Below are positions 52,341 through 63,991 of a DNA stretch of 64,000 nt, piece after piece. The stretch's first letter is position 1; each line of letters begins with the position of its first letter. The stretch is from Yuukianura sp. NJ FZ-2021 (Eukaryota), in contig CM102289.1 in NCBI GenBank assembly GCA_046563655.1, positions 6,138,001-6,202,000 on the forward strand, written 5' to 3'. The notes beneath the pieces were generated by a model. It searched no databases and was not told where the DNA came from. It worked only from the letters and a program-made list of their open reading frames with translations. The position numbers were made by a program, and so were the translations under genes.

Positions 52341-53836
52341 ATGACATTTGTCAAGTCCAAAATTGTTGTTAAAATGTTAATTCTAATTTGTACCGTATCA
52401 GAACGAAAAGCAGCTCGGTATTACGAAACAGTTGAAACTCGGTATCCTGTTCCTCTCCCCTACTGTGGAAACGATTGTAAACCAAAATGGCTGGAAAAAT
52501 CTCCATCATCTGACAATGCTGTCGATGCTTTAAGTTCGGAAGAATCTCAAGTAGCCCCAATGACCATTGACATTCCGGATCCAGTAGCCGCTGGTCTACC
52601 GCAGAAAGGAGATTCGCTTCCAGTAAAAAACCGCAAGCAAACTGTCATTCTACCTGTCCCCAATGAAGATCCGCTTTCGTCTCCAAAAATCCCAGAAGGT
52701 AAAAACAAATTTCGAAAAGTTTAAATGAATTTCATCAAAAATTTTTTAAATTGATTTAGTAAAAAGTGCCTGCGACCAGGGAAAAGGAACTTCTGGAAAG
52801 CAAAGCCCGATTCCATTGGGACGTTCTTCAAAGTGGAAGATCAAAGCCCAAAAGTCACGAGCGACAAAAGAATTGCCAAAAACTGGACAGCGTGTTTCCG
52901 TTAACAAGTTCTATGGACGCCTACGAGATCGCTTCTACATGCAAAACGATGGTTACAATCGTAAGTTTATTTTCAAAATCAGCATGTTTTTTAAACATTT
53001 TAACAATTTTAAAACCTTTCTAGTCGTTTTTTACTTGAATGAAAATCAACCCACTTCTGAGTTAACCATGAAAGTCAAAGAATGGGATGACGAATACGTT
53101 TTTGCAAAAGGAATTTTGCATTGGGGCAGCAGAGAGGAATTCGGATCGGAGCATGTGATTCACGGAATGCGATTTCCACTGGAACTTCAATTTGTTCATT
53201 ACAAAAGTTCTTTAGGCTCACTTTCAGAAGCTATAAAGACTAAATATGGGGTAATGATTGCCAGCGTAGTTTATGATGTAAGTTGCTACACATGCGTATT
53301 CTAAGTAGCGTGAATTTGACATGCATAGTTTGATTTTTTAGTTTAGTGGATTTGAAAAGAACTATTTGGAAGCGATTGTGCGACAAGCAGGAGCGTTTGC
53401 CCAACCGGGTAAAGTAATGCAAGTCCATGGACCATTGTCTATGGCAGGCCTTTTCCCGGGAACGCTTGAACATTTTGAGTATGAAGGTTCATGGACAACG
53501 GCTCCTTGCGCATCACATGTGCGCAGAATTGTTTTTGAACGACCGGTTGGAATTGGACGAGACCAGGTTATGCACAGAAAGTACTTAAATTTTGAAAGTA
53601 GTAAAATGTTTATTTAAAAATTTTCTTGAATGTTTCTCTTTCTTTCAAATTTTCACTTCTAGCTTTACGTTCTAAGGCATGTTGTTCGAAATGCAAACGG
53701 AACGTCAATGGTAAACAATTTTCGGAAACTTCAAGAAGTTGGTGGACGTCAAATAACTTTTAACCCAACATTTGGACAATTTAATGTCCAAAATCGTGAC
53801 TCCCTCGTCAAACCTCAGCCAAAAAGACATTGGTAA
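52341..53836 (+). CDS. Alpha-carbonic anhydrase-related protein, probably acatalytic
   Basis: Five exons. QNDGY, LHWGSREEFGSEHVIHGMRFPLELQFVHY, YEGSWTTAPC, VNNFRKLQ. Only one of three Zn-ligand His appears retained. Start codon uncertain. Confidence 0.8.
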
Positions 53837-54225
53837 ACCATTATTAAGCAATGTTAAAGTTTGTTTCAAACTTTTCAAACTAAATGTTGGTATTAAAATA
53901 AAATATTCAAAATGCCATTAAGCACTTAATCTTATAAGACGATGCATCTGTGGTGCCAAGTCTACAGATACAAATGCTATAGCGACCCGTTGTCAATTCG
54001 CCGGAACGTAAGCTATAGGCACTTAGGCATGTCATTACGAACTATAGGAAAAGATTCGCACCCTGGTGCCTCATCCATAGCAGATCAACTGCACAAGGAA
54101 ATAGGAAAACCAAGAATTTCATTAATTAACACTTGTAGATTCTGATTTTTTTCAAATGTTAAGTTGGTTGTTGTATTAGACTTAAAAACTAAACATTAAT
54201 AGTAACATAACACTCCAGATCTATT

Positions 54226-55421
54226 ATGGCATCCACTCCACCGCCAAAATATGACACGGTAGTTAACACTCCAAATCCTGGCGCTGGAAATTTGAAAGTC
54301 AATGACATTGGTTGGACAGTGCCAATTACTTCAAGTTCACCTTTGACCCCGCTACTAGAACTCAAAGAACCAAAAAATGGACTGAAAATTACGAAGAAGG
54401 AAACAAAGAAAGAGTACGGTAGGACTAGCACAAACATTATTGTGATTTCAAAATTTAATTATTATAGTAAGAGTAACAATAAATACATAGTTGTCTGAAA
54501 TAATTTTTTTTAAACTGGATTTAGGGCCATTTAACTTTTTCATTAACGATTTGACCACTGGTGAATGTCAGTTCAATGGAGAAGTCAATTTCGACCAAAT
54601 TGCACTCATTACTGGAACAGGGGCGGATCCGTTCACGATTGAAATTAAGGAAATTAAAACTCCCGCAAAAGTAAAACACAATTAGTAAAATATTATGCGA
54701 ATTAACTTTATTTTAGTATACTTAATTTAGTGAGATTGAATTTAATTCAAATGTTACTTAAAGTCTTGGACATTTGATGTCATCAAAGGCATGGTTTCTC
54801 TGGCTACCATCGTCTTAGACACGTCTAAAAAGGAAGTGGTGATCAACTCAAGTGCTGGTGGAAGAAACTATGTTGCAACGGAAGTAGACATGTCTGAAAA
54901 GTGTGATCTCATGGTTTGTAATTATTTTAATTATTAATTAATTACTTTATTTTATTTCCTGTTGCAATTTATTTACAACGCCATCAGATTAAAAAGAACG
55001 GCCAAAGTATAACAAAAGTGGAATTTCCGAAAGGAAAAGGCTATGAACCATTTGAAAGTACGTTGGAATTCTATCCAACAGAAGTACCAATCACAACCAC
55101 GGAAAAGGAACTATTCATAGCGTTAGCAATCGTTTGTGTAAGAATTGAGTTTTTAAAATATCAATATTAAAAAAACCAATACATATCATGCATAACATAC
55201 TTAAGTTACATCCTAACATATTTAAAATACAGATGCTGGTACGCAACGGTCCAATTTTTACGAGGGCTGAACATAACTTTTGGGCTGGACTTGGCTGCGC
55301 ATTTGCCTGCGGAATTATAATTGCAATCGTCGTTGGTTTGTACTACCTCTTTGCCTACCTCACGACAAAATGCAACATACCTGGGTATAGATGCGGGAAC
55401 ACAAAGAACTTAAGAGGTTAA
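54226..55421 (+). CDS. Uncharacterised membrane protein, possibly scramblase/Tubby-C (LURP-one) fold with a C-terminal TM helix
   Basis: Five phase-consistent exons (~54226-54418, 54524-54670, 54764-54914, 54988-55137, 55233-55421). Pro-rich N-terminus, beta-strand-like middle, helix EKELFIALAIVCML, then TM segment WAGLGCAFACGIIIAIVVGLYYLFAYL. Confidence 0.6.
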
Positions 55422-56584
55422 CTATACTTGAGTTGTTATGCTTAGTTACGCTACTTTTACATATTAGGATAAGTTAAAACTAACCTAACCTAAGAACGTG
55501 CTTAAACAACGGATCTGAGATATAATACTCGTCCTTCTCTTTGTCTAAAATTTTGTTTAATGCACTAATAAGTAAAGCTTATTCTTTTAGTTTTGAAGTT
55601 TAGTTAACTTGAATTTTTTATGCAAAATTTAAGCACTCGAGCAAGTTGAAAGATGGTGTGTTTAAAATCTACAAATAAATGCAGTATTTAAACTATTCGA
55701 AATGACGATTTGAAATTTGCACCACATTATTGAATTTGGACGTGTTTTTTTTTAATTTTTTTTTTTGAGACGATGACTAAAAATTTTTCGTCGTATCGGA
55801 TATCTAGCGGAAGCGAGGTCTGCCACTGCGGTTATTTGGAGAATTTAAAAAAAAATATGATGTTTTTTTTTGAAAAATGAAAAATGATGTCATCGTGCGA
55901 AAGAGACTTTTTGGATGGGGCAGTTGCTAAACTTAAGACAGAATTCCCACGTGCCAAAAAACGCTTTTTTGTGCAGAAAAACTAAGCGTTAAGAAGCTTT
56001 CGAACAAGACGACCGATTTTAAAACATGAGAACAACATACATATAGAACAGGATGAAAATTCTAAAAGTGGGTGCTTTTGCACGCGGTACCAAATTTGCA
56101 CCAGTTAGGAGAGCAAAGACGCAAGGTTGTCTCTTCCTGTTCAAATAAAGCAGCACCCTCTCCAGCATTTTTTATATTTTGCAATCGAGACCTTTCAACT
56201 CCCACACAGCTCCGAAAAAATTTGCTATTCCTATATTTGTACATTTCTATTTTGGAACTGGACTCCCTCCCAAGTCTTTTCACCTACTTTAACTTCTTCT
56301 TAAACTTTGTTCTAAAAAACGCTCTTTTTGATCTTGTCTTTTCTATTGGGTTCTGTCGAACGGAGATAGCACACTCACAGTTCAGTTCCTGACGCGTCCA
56401 GCCGCTGACTTCAGAACAGCTCTCTTCCGTCGCCATAGTTGTTCACTGTAAGCAACGACGCACATAGTTTTTCGTTTTGGAAAACTTAGAACATTGTGAA
56501 TCTTGGAAAAAACATTTAGTGTTTGAAATATTTTGAGTTTTAAAAAAAGTTGCTTAATATTGTTCAAGGTAACCAGATTTGAAG

Positions 56585-57151
56585 ATGCCGTTCAAAGCCG
56601 TTGAGCACCCAAAATGCCCGAAGTGTGGCAAGTCCGTTTATGCCGCCGAGGAGAGGAATGCCGGTGGTCAGAAATGGCACAAAGGTATTGTCTAAGATAG
56701 AATTTAAAAAGTTTTTCAAAAAATGTTACATAATTTCAAATTTTAAAGCGTATTTCTTGTATGAGTTAGAATGCTTCCGATGTACCGTGTGCAAGAAGCC
56801 CTTGGACTCAACGCTCTGTTCAGAACACAAGGGAGAATTGTACTGTAAATTGTGCTACGGTAAGAATAAAGTAGCGAACTACTTTCACTATTTAATGAAT
56901 TTGTATTTTTAAAAAAATTTGCAATATTTCCAAAAAAGTTAGAATATTCCAAATTGTGTAATTTATTTTTCCAGCCCGGAAGTTCGGACCTGGTGGATTC
57001 CGTGGAGCTGGTGAGTAAAACACTCTTCATAATTTAAAATTTTTTAATCTTATGACTCAAGTTAGGAATTTTGGGTAACTTTTTGTTTCATTTTTTAGGT
57101 GCGTCTATGGAACCAGGAACTGAAACTGCCCCAATTCAACCAACACTGTAA
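56585..57151 (+). CDS. Mlp60A: Single-LIM muscle LIM protein (Mlp60A/CRP family)
   Basis: Four exons give [92 protein letters not shown]: LIM double zinc finger plus Gly-rich tail. Confidence 0.9.
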
Positions 57152-57971
57152 ACAGTGTGGTGCAGTGGTTGTAAAGAAAAGATCTGCCTTATCAAAGTTA
57201 AACTTAAGCTTTCTATCATCACTTAAATGTTGCGGAATTATTGGATCACAAAATAAATCGATCTTGATTTGAGTGTCGTCTCCAAATCACGACATAAATA
57301 CCTTCCAGCTTCATTTTTTGAAAACTTAAAATGTCGCACTTTTTTAAACATAAATTAAATCATTTAAAAAGTCAAATCAAAAAAATTCAAAAGGTGAAAA
57401 TCCATTATCAATCCATTATAATTCTGTACTTCATTTTAAGCTAAATAGAGAGGAAGGCAAAACAAAAATTACACTACTATTATCTCTGATCTTTAAAAAA
57501 ATATCCTGCACAGACGCGGAAATGGCGGGTATTAAAATTCCCGCTCTGTGCTGAGCAACATTGTGATTTTTAAAAAATGGACTTTTGAAATTTTCCATAT
57601 GAGTTTCTTTAATTCCTTGTTCTCATTTTAACGCTGAAATCTTCCACACGGTTTTCTCAGATGCAAAGTACTAAAAAGTTTGCAAAGTTCTAAATATATC
57701 TCAGATGGAGTAACTATGTAAGATATTTGAAAAGATACAGAAGCACCTACCTGGCAAGAGAATAAAGAATTTTCCTGTACTAAAAAACAAATGCAGATTC
57801 ATTCAACGTGAACCCAGTAAAAGAAACCGCGCGCTATTAATGAGTTGAAATTCAATCCACCTTGTTTTATAGTCTATTACGAATACACACTGTTTGGGTT
57901 TTTCAAAACAATTTTTTTAGACATTACTTCTTCTGGTACAGTTATTTGGAAAATAGTTCGTATTTGATGGG

Positions 57972-58706
57972 TTAAGGCTTAATTGCAACGGCACCTATGC
58001 CTTCACGTCCATCCAACTTGGAAGAGTCTGAGTAATCTTTGCGTTCAAAGTAACTGGCTTCTTGGACCACAAAACCCGCAAGTTCCAGTTCACGATTGAG
58101 CGTCACTGGATCCAGAAAATGAAACATTGGCGGCAGGCTTCCAACGGATGGTGACCCAATTGACTTGATATCATCTACGAGTCCAGGCCATTCAGCACCA
58201 ACTTTCAATCTTCGCTCAAACTCAGGAATGAAACGTTGCGATTCCTTCAAGTACACAGAATCAGACACGATGAACAATTTCCCGCCGCTTTCCAGTAGAT
58301 CAAAGCACTTGAGCAGACTCTTGCGCAGACAAGGTCCATCCATGAAGTGAAAAACGCGTGCAGCCAAAATGGCTCGAAACGAGTCGACGCTTAAGTCAAC
58401 TTCGTTGAAATCTCCGACAATTGTTTGAAGTCGCTCCGCCTGGTCTGCTGGACAAGACATTTTCAGAATTTGAATATGTCGAGGTTCCAAATCCACTGCA
58501 ACTACCTTGACTTGAGCGTTACGCTTGAGTACTTCCAGCGTAACGGTTCCAAACGCTGGACCAACCTCCAGAACTTTACCACAGGATGCAAAAGTAACAA
58601 ATTGTTCGGCAAACGGGTCGAGTCCAGTGGCCATAAATCCCATTTTGTTTAGAGTTGGCACGCCATCGGGTCCTGCTTCTGGACGAATTGTTTCTTCGAA
58701 TCCCAT
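57972..58706 (-). CDS. Class I SAM-dependent methyltransferase, intron-free CDS, bacterial-like
   Basis: 244 aa ORF. Motif I VLEVGPAFG, acidic motif II VAVDLE, IVGDF, AILAARVFHFM, LLESGGKLFI. Confidence 0.88.
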   Translation of the reverse strand: MGFEETIRPEAGPDGVPTLNKMGFMATGLDPFAEQFVTFASCGKVLEVGPAFGTVTLEVLKRNAQVKVVAVDLEPRHIQILKMSCPADQAERLQTIVGDFNEVDLSVDSFRAILAARVFHFMDGPCLRKSLLKCFDLLESGGKLFIVSDSVYLKESQRFIPEFERRLKVGAEWPGLVDDIKSIGSPSVGSLPPMFHFLDPVTLNRELELAGFVVQEASYFERKDYSDSSKLDGREGIGAVAIKP

Positions 58707-59504
58707 TCTAAAATTTCATTTAAAAGCGATTGTTTTAAAATGTATGCAACTAAAAATTGGCAATTTAAACTAAAAAAGACAACACAGAAAAACGCAAATC
58801 AGAAAACAGAGTTTTCTAATTTGATTCGTATTTCGGTCATCACTTTAGGTTTTAGCGTAAAATTTAATCTATATAGTTTTTGAAATTTTTTGAAATTTAA
58901 AATGGATTCTACTTATGCTTTTCAATTAACCAATTACCTATGTGCCGGGTCCAGGATTTTTCTTGGTACCAATAGGCGTGGAACTTTGTGATTTCTTGAG
59001 CCTAGATTTTTGTCAAAAGTTGCTGAAGTGTCAAAACTGAACGGCAAAGTAATAAAGCACTTAAAGTCAAGAATTAAGGCGTTTTTACTCACTTTGAGAA
59101 GAACTTGTTTCAAATCAGAAGTTGCTTAGCATAACCTGAAAGGTATTCTTAAAGAGTCACAAAGGTCACACGGTAATTGGGAAATAATGATACAAGAAAA
59201 GAGAGTCGAAGGTTGTTATTTTGTTAGGAACCGTGATCCGAATTGTACATTTGCCTTTACTACCCTGTCTTAAAGACACATTAAAACAACACACTAGTAG
59301 ATTACTTAATACAAAAGTTGTACAGTCAGAAAAAGTGGTTGTAGTCTGGCGAGGTTTTAGGCTTGTGTAATAATTAATAATCACAACTCACGATTACATT
59401 AACCAACCCTGATTAAGTGCGAATCCTATATTTCCTGTTCTTCTTTTTCGTCAGAATCAAACGGTGACTTGGCAAAGTGAGTTGAAAAAGTGCGTTTTTC
59501 AAAA

Positions 59505-60434
59505 ATGCCATTTTGTCCAGGGGACCCTTGGCGGGATCAATTTTTTCGAAACGTGTTCTGTCCAGAAAATGTTTTTATTCCACTCAAAGATCATCAGGCT
59601 TGGCAACTTTTTCCAAAATTCCAACGCATCTACGACAAGCTGTTTGTTGCCGTTTCTCAAGGCCTCACTGCCGCTCCGCACGGAGTCGTTCCTTCAACGT
59701 ACCCGGTTTTTTCAAAACCCATGACGAATCTAATGAGTATGGGCACCGGAAGTCTTCTTCTTCCAGATCTGGACACTTATCGCAAAAATGTTCAACCGGG
59801 ACACTTTTGGTCAACGTTTTTAACTGGTGACCATATTAGCTCTGATGTGGCTGTCGTCAATGGAGAAGTGGTGTGGTGGCGACATTCAAGAGGTTATCCA
59901 CTCCGGGAAGGAACTTTCGACTACTTCCATGTTGAAAATAAGCGTTATCCAGAAATTGAAGAATGGTGTGGATCATGGGCTAGGACGCATTTGGCAGGAT
60001 ACACTGGAATGGCAAATTTTGAAACCATTGGCAACAGGATCACTGAAGCTCATCTGAGATTCACTGATCAGTGGCCGGATCTTTACGGTGCTGGATGGGT
60101 ACAAGCTGTTGTGAATCTTTACGCCAACAAATCATGGACTTTTGATACATCCGTGGAGGAAGAAGGCTTTAGCGTCGTGCTGTTTCAACCAAAAGGGCGA
60201 ATGTACTGCCATCCACCGAAAGAAGTTGTTGAGCAAGCGCTGAGTGTGCCTGGAGTACTTAGCGTTCAAGTTGCGTTTCATAACGATGTGAGACAAAAGC
60301 TACAATCAAATCCGCCAGGGGGCGTACGTCTTGCCGTGATTAATGCCAAAACGTTGGAGGCTGGAGACACTGCCAGAGAAATTCTACGAGGAGGAATAAC
60401 AGTGAAACGAAATCGGAGAAAAAACCGAAACTGA
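59505..60434 (+). CDS. ATP-grasp-like protein of a bacterial-type uncharacterised family, intron-free CDS
   Basis: 309 aa from ATG 59505 (MPFCPGDPWR). IYDKL, YPVFSKPMTNLMSMGTGS (ATP-grasp lid), FLTGDHISSDVAV, YTGMANFETIGNRITEAHLRF (E..ExxxR-like). AATAAA at ~60480. Confidence 0.8.
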   Translation: MPFCPGDPWRDQFFRNVFCPENVFIPLKDHQAWQLFPKFQRIYDKLFVAVSQGLTAAPHGVVPSTYPVFSKPMTNLMSMGTGSLLLPDLDTYRKNVQPGHFWSTFLTGDHISSDVAVVNGEVVWWRHSRGYPLREGTFDYFHVENKRYPEIEEWCGSWARTHLAGYTGMANFETIGNRITEAHLRFTDQWPDLYGAGWVQAVVNLYANKSWTFDTSVEEEGFSVVLFQPKGRMYCHPPKEVVEQALSVPGVLSVQVAFHNDVRQKLQSNPPGGVRLAVINAKTLEAGDTAREILRGGITVKRNRRKNRN

Positions 60435-61368
60435 CAAGTCAGCTCGTTTGAAGCATAACTAAAAGTTAAACTCGTTCAAAATAAAGTTCAACTGATAAAA
60501 CAAGTTATAATCACTCAAATTAGTCATTGCTAGGCTAAACTCAAAGTCAGCGTCATACAATGTGTGACAAAGTACAATTATAAACGAAGTTAAAAAAATA
60601 AATCACTCTTTAAAAAAAAGCAAGAGATACTGGAAACGAGAAAAGTTTTTCACTTCGAACGTCTTTAATGGCAGAACAGCATCAGTATCTTTAGTGACCG
60701 TAGTTTTGGAGTTAGTTGGTTGAAATTTTTAAAGTATTTAAAAAAACTGACTTTTCAAAAATAGAATTGTTATCAGATTATTTAGAAATTTTGGAGTTCA
60801 ATCCTTTGCATATTCATACGCACTTTGACTAGAAATTACCAGTTTTTTTCGCAGAATTAAAAAATTCTACGAAAATACAGACTTTAGACTCTGCTTAGTG
60901 AAACCTGTTTTCGTTTTCGGTTTAGAGTAAGTGGTTTTTAAAAACCACTCGGCAATTAATTCTCTGATACACACCGTGGGAAAAAAAATTGATGCGTCTA
61001 CACCAACAGTTGACTGCAAAAACCTGTCTCTGATGTCCTTCATTTTAATTCTACTGTGAAACCTGCCAAAAACTTGATTTCTAAAAGTATCCGGTATCAT
61101 TTAAAACACTGAAATAAATGCTGAAAATCAAAATGTGAAATGGTACTTTCGTCAATTTCATAATCTTCTCAACTTGCAGAAACAGACACTACCCTGTAAC
61201 AATAACTTTATTTTTTTAATTTCCCAAAAAAGTTCTAAAAACTTTAAGCGTTATGGGTGAGTCCGAATTATGAATTTTCTGAAGTTACAAAAAGAATCAT
61301 AAATAGTCTTGAAAATTGTTAGTCGTTAATTCATATAAACCGAAAAATTAAATTTTTGTGTAATCAGT

Positions 61369-63991
61369 TCAAAATTTTCGTCTGCGTGACTTCTGCTCCT
61401 TCTTCTCAGCCTTCTTTTTCAATCTTCGTTTTTCTCTTTCGGTTTTGGCGGATTCGTCACTGTCAATCTCCTTGTTCAACACGGTCACACCTTTCAAATC
61501 TTTTGTCCACTCAGACATTGCGTTCTGAATATAAGGAGTTATGTTATCCAACATAACGGATTTGATAGCTTTCATAAATGGAAGAGTATGGAGACCTTGA
61601 GACTCACGAAGCTGAACTTCGGCATAAACGTCCTTGAAATTTTCAGGCCGTATGGTAACGCTGCATTCAAATGCTACTGGAATCGGTGTTGCCTCTTCGT
61701 TTTTCTTGGCTGCTTCGACTAGTCGCCGAGTAATTTCGGCTTCCCGCTCAAGTGGATTCTTTGTTTCACTTGTCCATTTTTCAGCCGCGAGTTGACTTGA
61801 AACGGCGCCACGACCGGTCCAAATGTTGTGTGTCACACCATTATACTTAATGCTGAGTCGTTTCGGTCGATAAGTACTGATGTCAATAGAATCTAAAATT
61901 TCTCGAGGCGACGGATTCCTAATTATGGCTGAAATTAATTCAATTGTAGAAAGTGAAAGTGAACTGTCATCGCTTTCAGCGCCGTCATCTGATTCATTAG
62001 GTGGTTCGGAAAGGCCGTCGTCTTCTTTCTGAGTATGAGTGGATGATGGACGGCGATCATTGAGACGACTAACTATGCCTATGGCTTGGTGAGCAGTGGA
62101 CGTCGATGGTATGTCCGCTGATGAAGGAACGATGAGTGACTTTGGTGTAGATGAATCGACGAGTGACTTGGAATTCGACGGTAACTGATTAGATGTGGCT
62201 TCCTTTGGTTTTGCTCCGTTACTTTTTGGTTTCGGTGGACCGAGGAACTTTTTTACCGGTAGAAGTTCAATAACCGAATAAACTTCAAGACCAAAAGCAT
62301 CTTGAAAAAATGAAAGAAAAAAGTTTTTGACAAACTCCAACCAAGTGATACTTCCTCGGAAAATTACTTCTTCAGCTGAGAGGCCACAAGTTGAAAACTG
62401 AGACCAAAACGTTTGACAAAAATCGGTTGTAGGACGAGCAGCAAATCCTAGCTGTTTGTGTACATATTTGTCTCCTGGTACTTGATTCTCTTCAACTTCG
62501 TCATTTTTGCCATTTTTAGAATTTACGTCTGTGTCAGCACCGCTACCTTTCTTTTGTTTGAAAGGAAACTCGATTTTTGAAAAAATATCCATGAGCTTGG
62601 CCGAGCGCAGAACTGATGGAGTTGCACTTAGGAATTTGTCGAGAAGCTCAGCAGTTTTTGTACAGGCAACCTGGAATTTCTGAAGTACCAAAAAACTAGT
62701 TACTCCGCTGACGTTGTAGTTGAGTACAAAAGGATCTTGAATAATGAATGCATTCTGAGGAGATACTCGAAGTCGCTCGTCTACTCCTTGACAGTAGCAC
62801 CACTCTTTGTACCGATTCATTTCCGGCGGCAATTCTTGCTCATACCCTGGATAAAATTGAGTCCTAGGAAGGAAGTCTCCTAGAAGCGAACAGACTACAT
62901 ATTTGGAAGCGTCAAAATTGGCAAACAGCTTGCAAAATCCGAGCATGAGTAGGAGAATATTCTGACAGGATGCGTTTGGTCGCATTCCATGAATGGATTG
63001 AAGATGACGCAGAAGGAGGAAGTCATTTTCAATAAAGGAAGCATCCCAGTCTTCAATTTCACAACGATGCTCCTTCGCAGTCCAATTTTGCAATTCGAAG
63101 ATCGATGGCACGATATGATTCTGCGTGAGGTACACCAGGATAAGCAGAATGAGACCATAATTCTTAATTTTTGAAGAATCAGTAAGTCCGTGAAACTTCG
63201 CCCAGTATCGAATGAGGCACATGAGTGGTTTGACTCTGGCGTCAATTCGAGTATAAAGTTGGATTAATCTTGAGTTCCGAACAGACAGGAAATTTTCGAA
63301 TGATAAATCGCAACTAATCTTGGTTTGACAATGGATTGCCTTTATGATTGGAACTCTTGCAGAGGCTATAGGAATGATGTTGCCAAAAACTCGCCCGACC
63401 TTGACTTGTCGTCGAAGTATATGCTGGACGGCTGAGAATACTGCTCTCTTCTGATTCGGATCAACCACCTTGACTTGACCATTTTTAACTAAAATTACAA
63501 AAGAATATAAGTTAAAACTACGTAAAGCAATACATAGTATTTTCAGTAATCAATTCTAATTTACCATTACTGTTGCAGTCAACATAAATGTCCAAGTCGG
63601 AGAGTTTATCTCCGAGTCCTGTAATCAAAGAACCAAACGGATGCAATTGCACTTGCGGAAATTCGTTGATCAATAATCGTTCCAAGTCAGCCATAACTCG
63701 TCTCCGATCCTCGAAATTTTCTACATTCATTGTTACTTCCGTCATGAAACGCTGTAGCTGGAAGTCCAAATCATTGAAAATTCCAGGAACAGGCGTCGAT
63801 ACCAAATAGACCAATCTTTCATGGACAGTGTCATGTTGAGGTTCCAATACGAATCCGTGGCCTCTGCCAGCTCCTCTTTGAGCAAAATGTCTTCCTCTCC
63901 CGGACGGTTTGGTAGAATCCACTGCTGACGCTGATCCATTTTGTTTTGTTCTGCCATTCATCGTTCTTGGCCGTTGTGGAATGTCTCCCAT
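61369..63991 (-). CDS. Non-canonical poly(A) polymerase / terminal uridylyltransferase (TUT1/Tailor/Cid1-like); may extend beyond the window end
   Basis: Two exons (intron ~63563-63490). PFGS..SDLDIYVD, SARVPIIK, CDLSF (third Asp), LIRYWAK, IQDPFVLNYNVS PAP-associated motif, basic C-terminal tail. Confidence 0.88.

Noticed and set aside
57972..60434. Bacterial contamination as the explanation for the intron-free pair
   Set aside because: AT-rich spacers match the host DNA, polyadenylation-like and splice-like signals are present, and both flanks are intron-containing animal genes; read-level confirmation is still needed.
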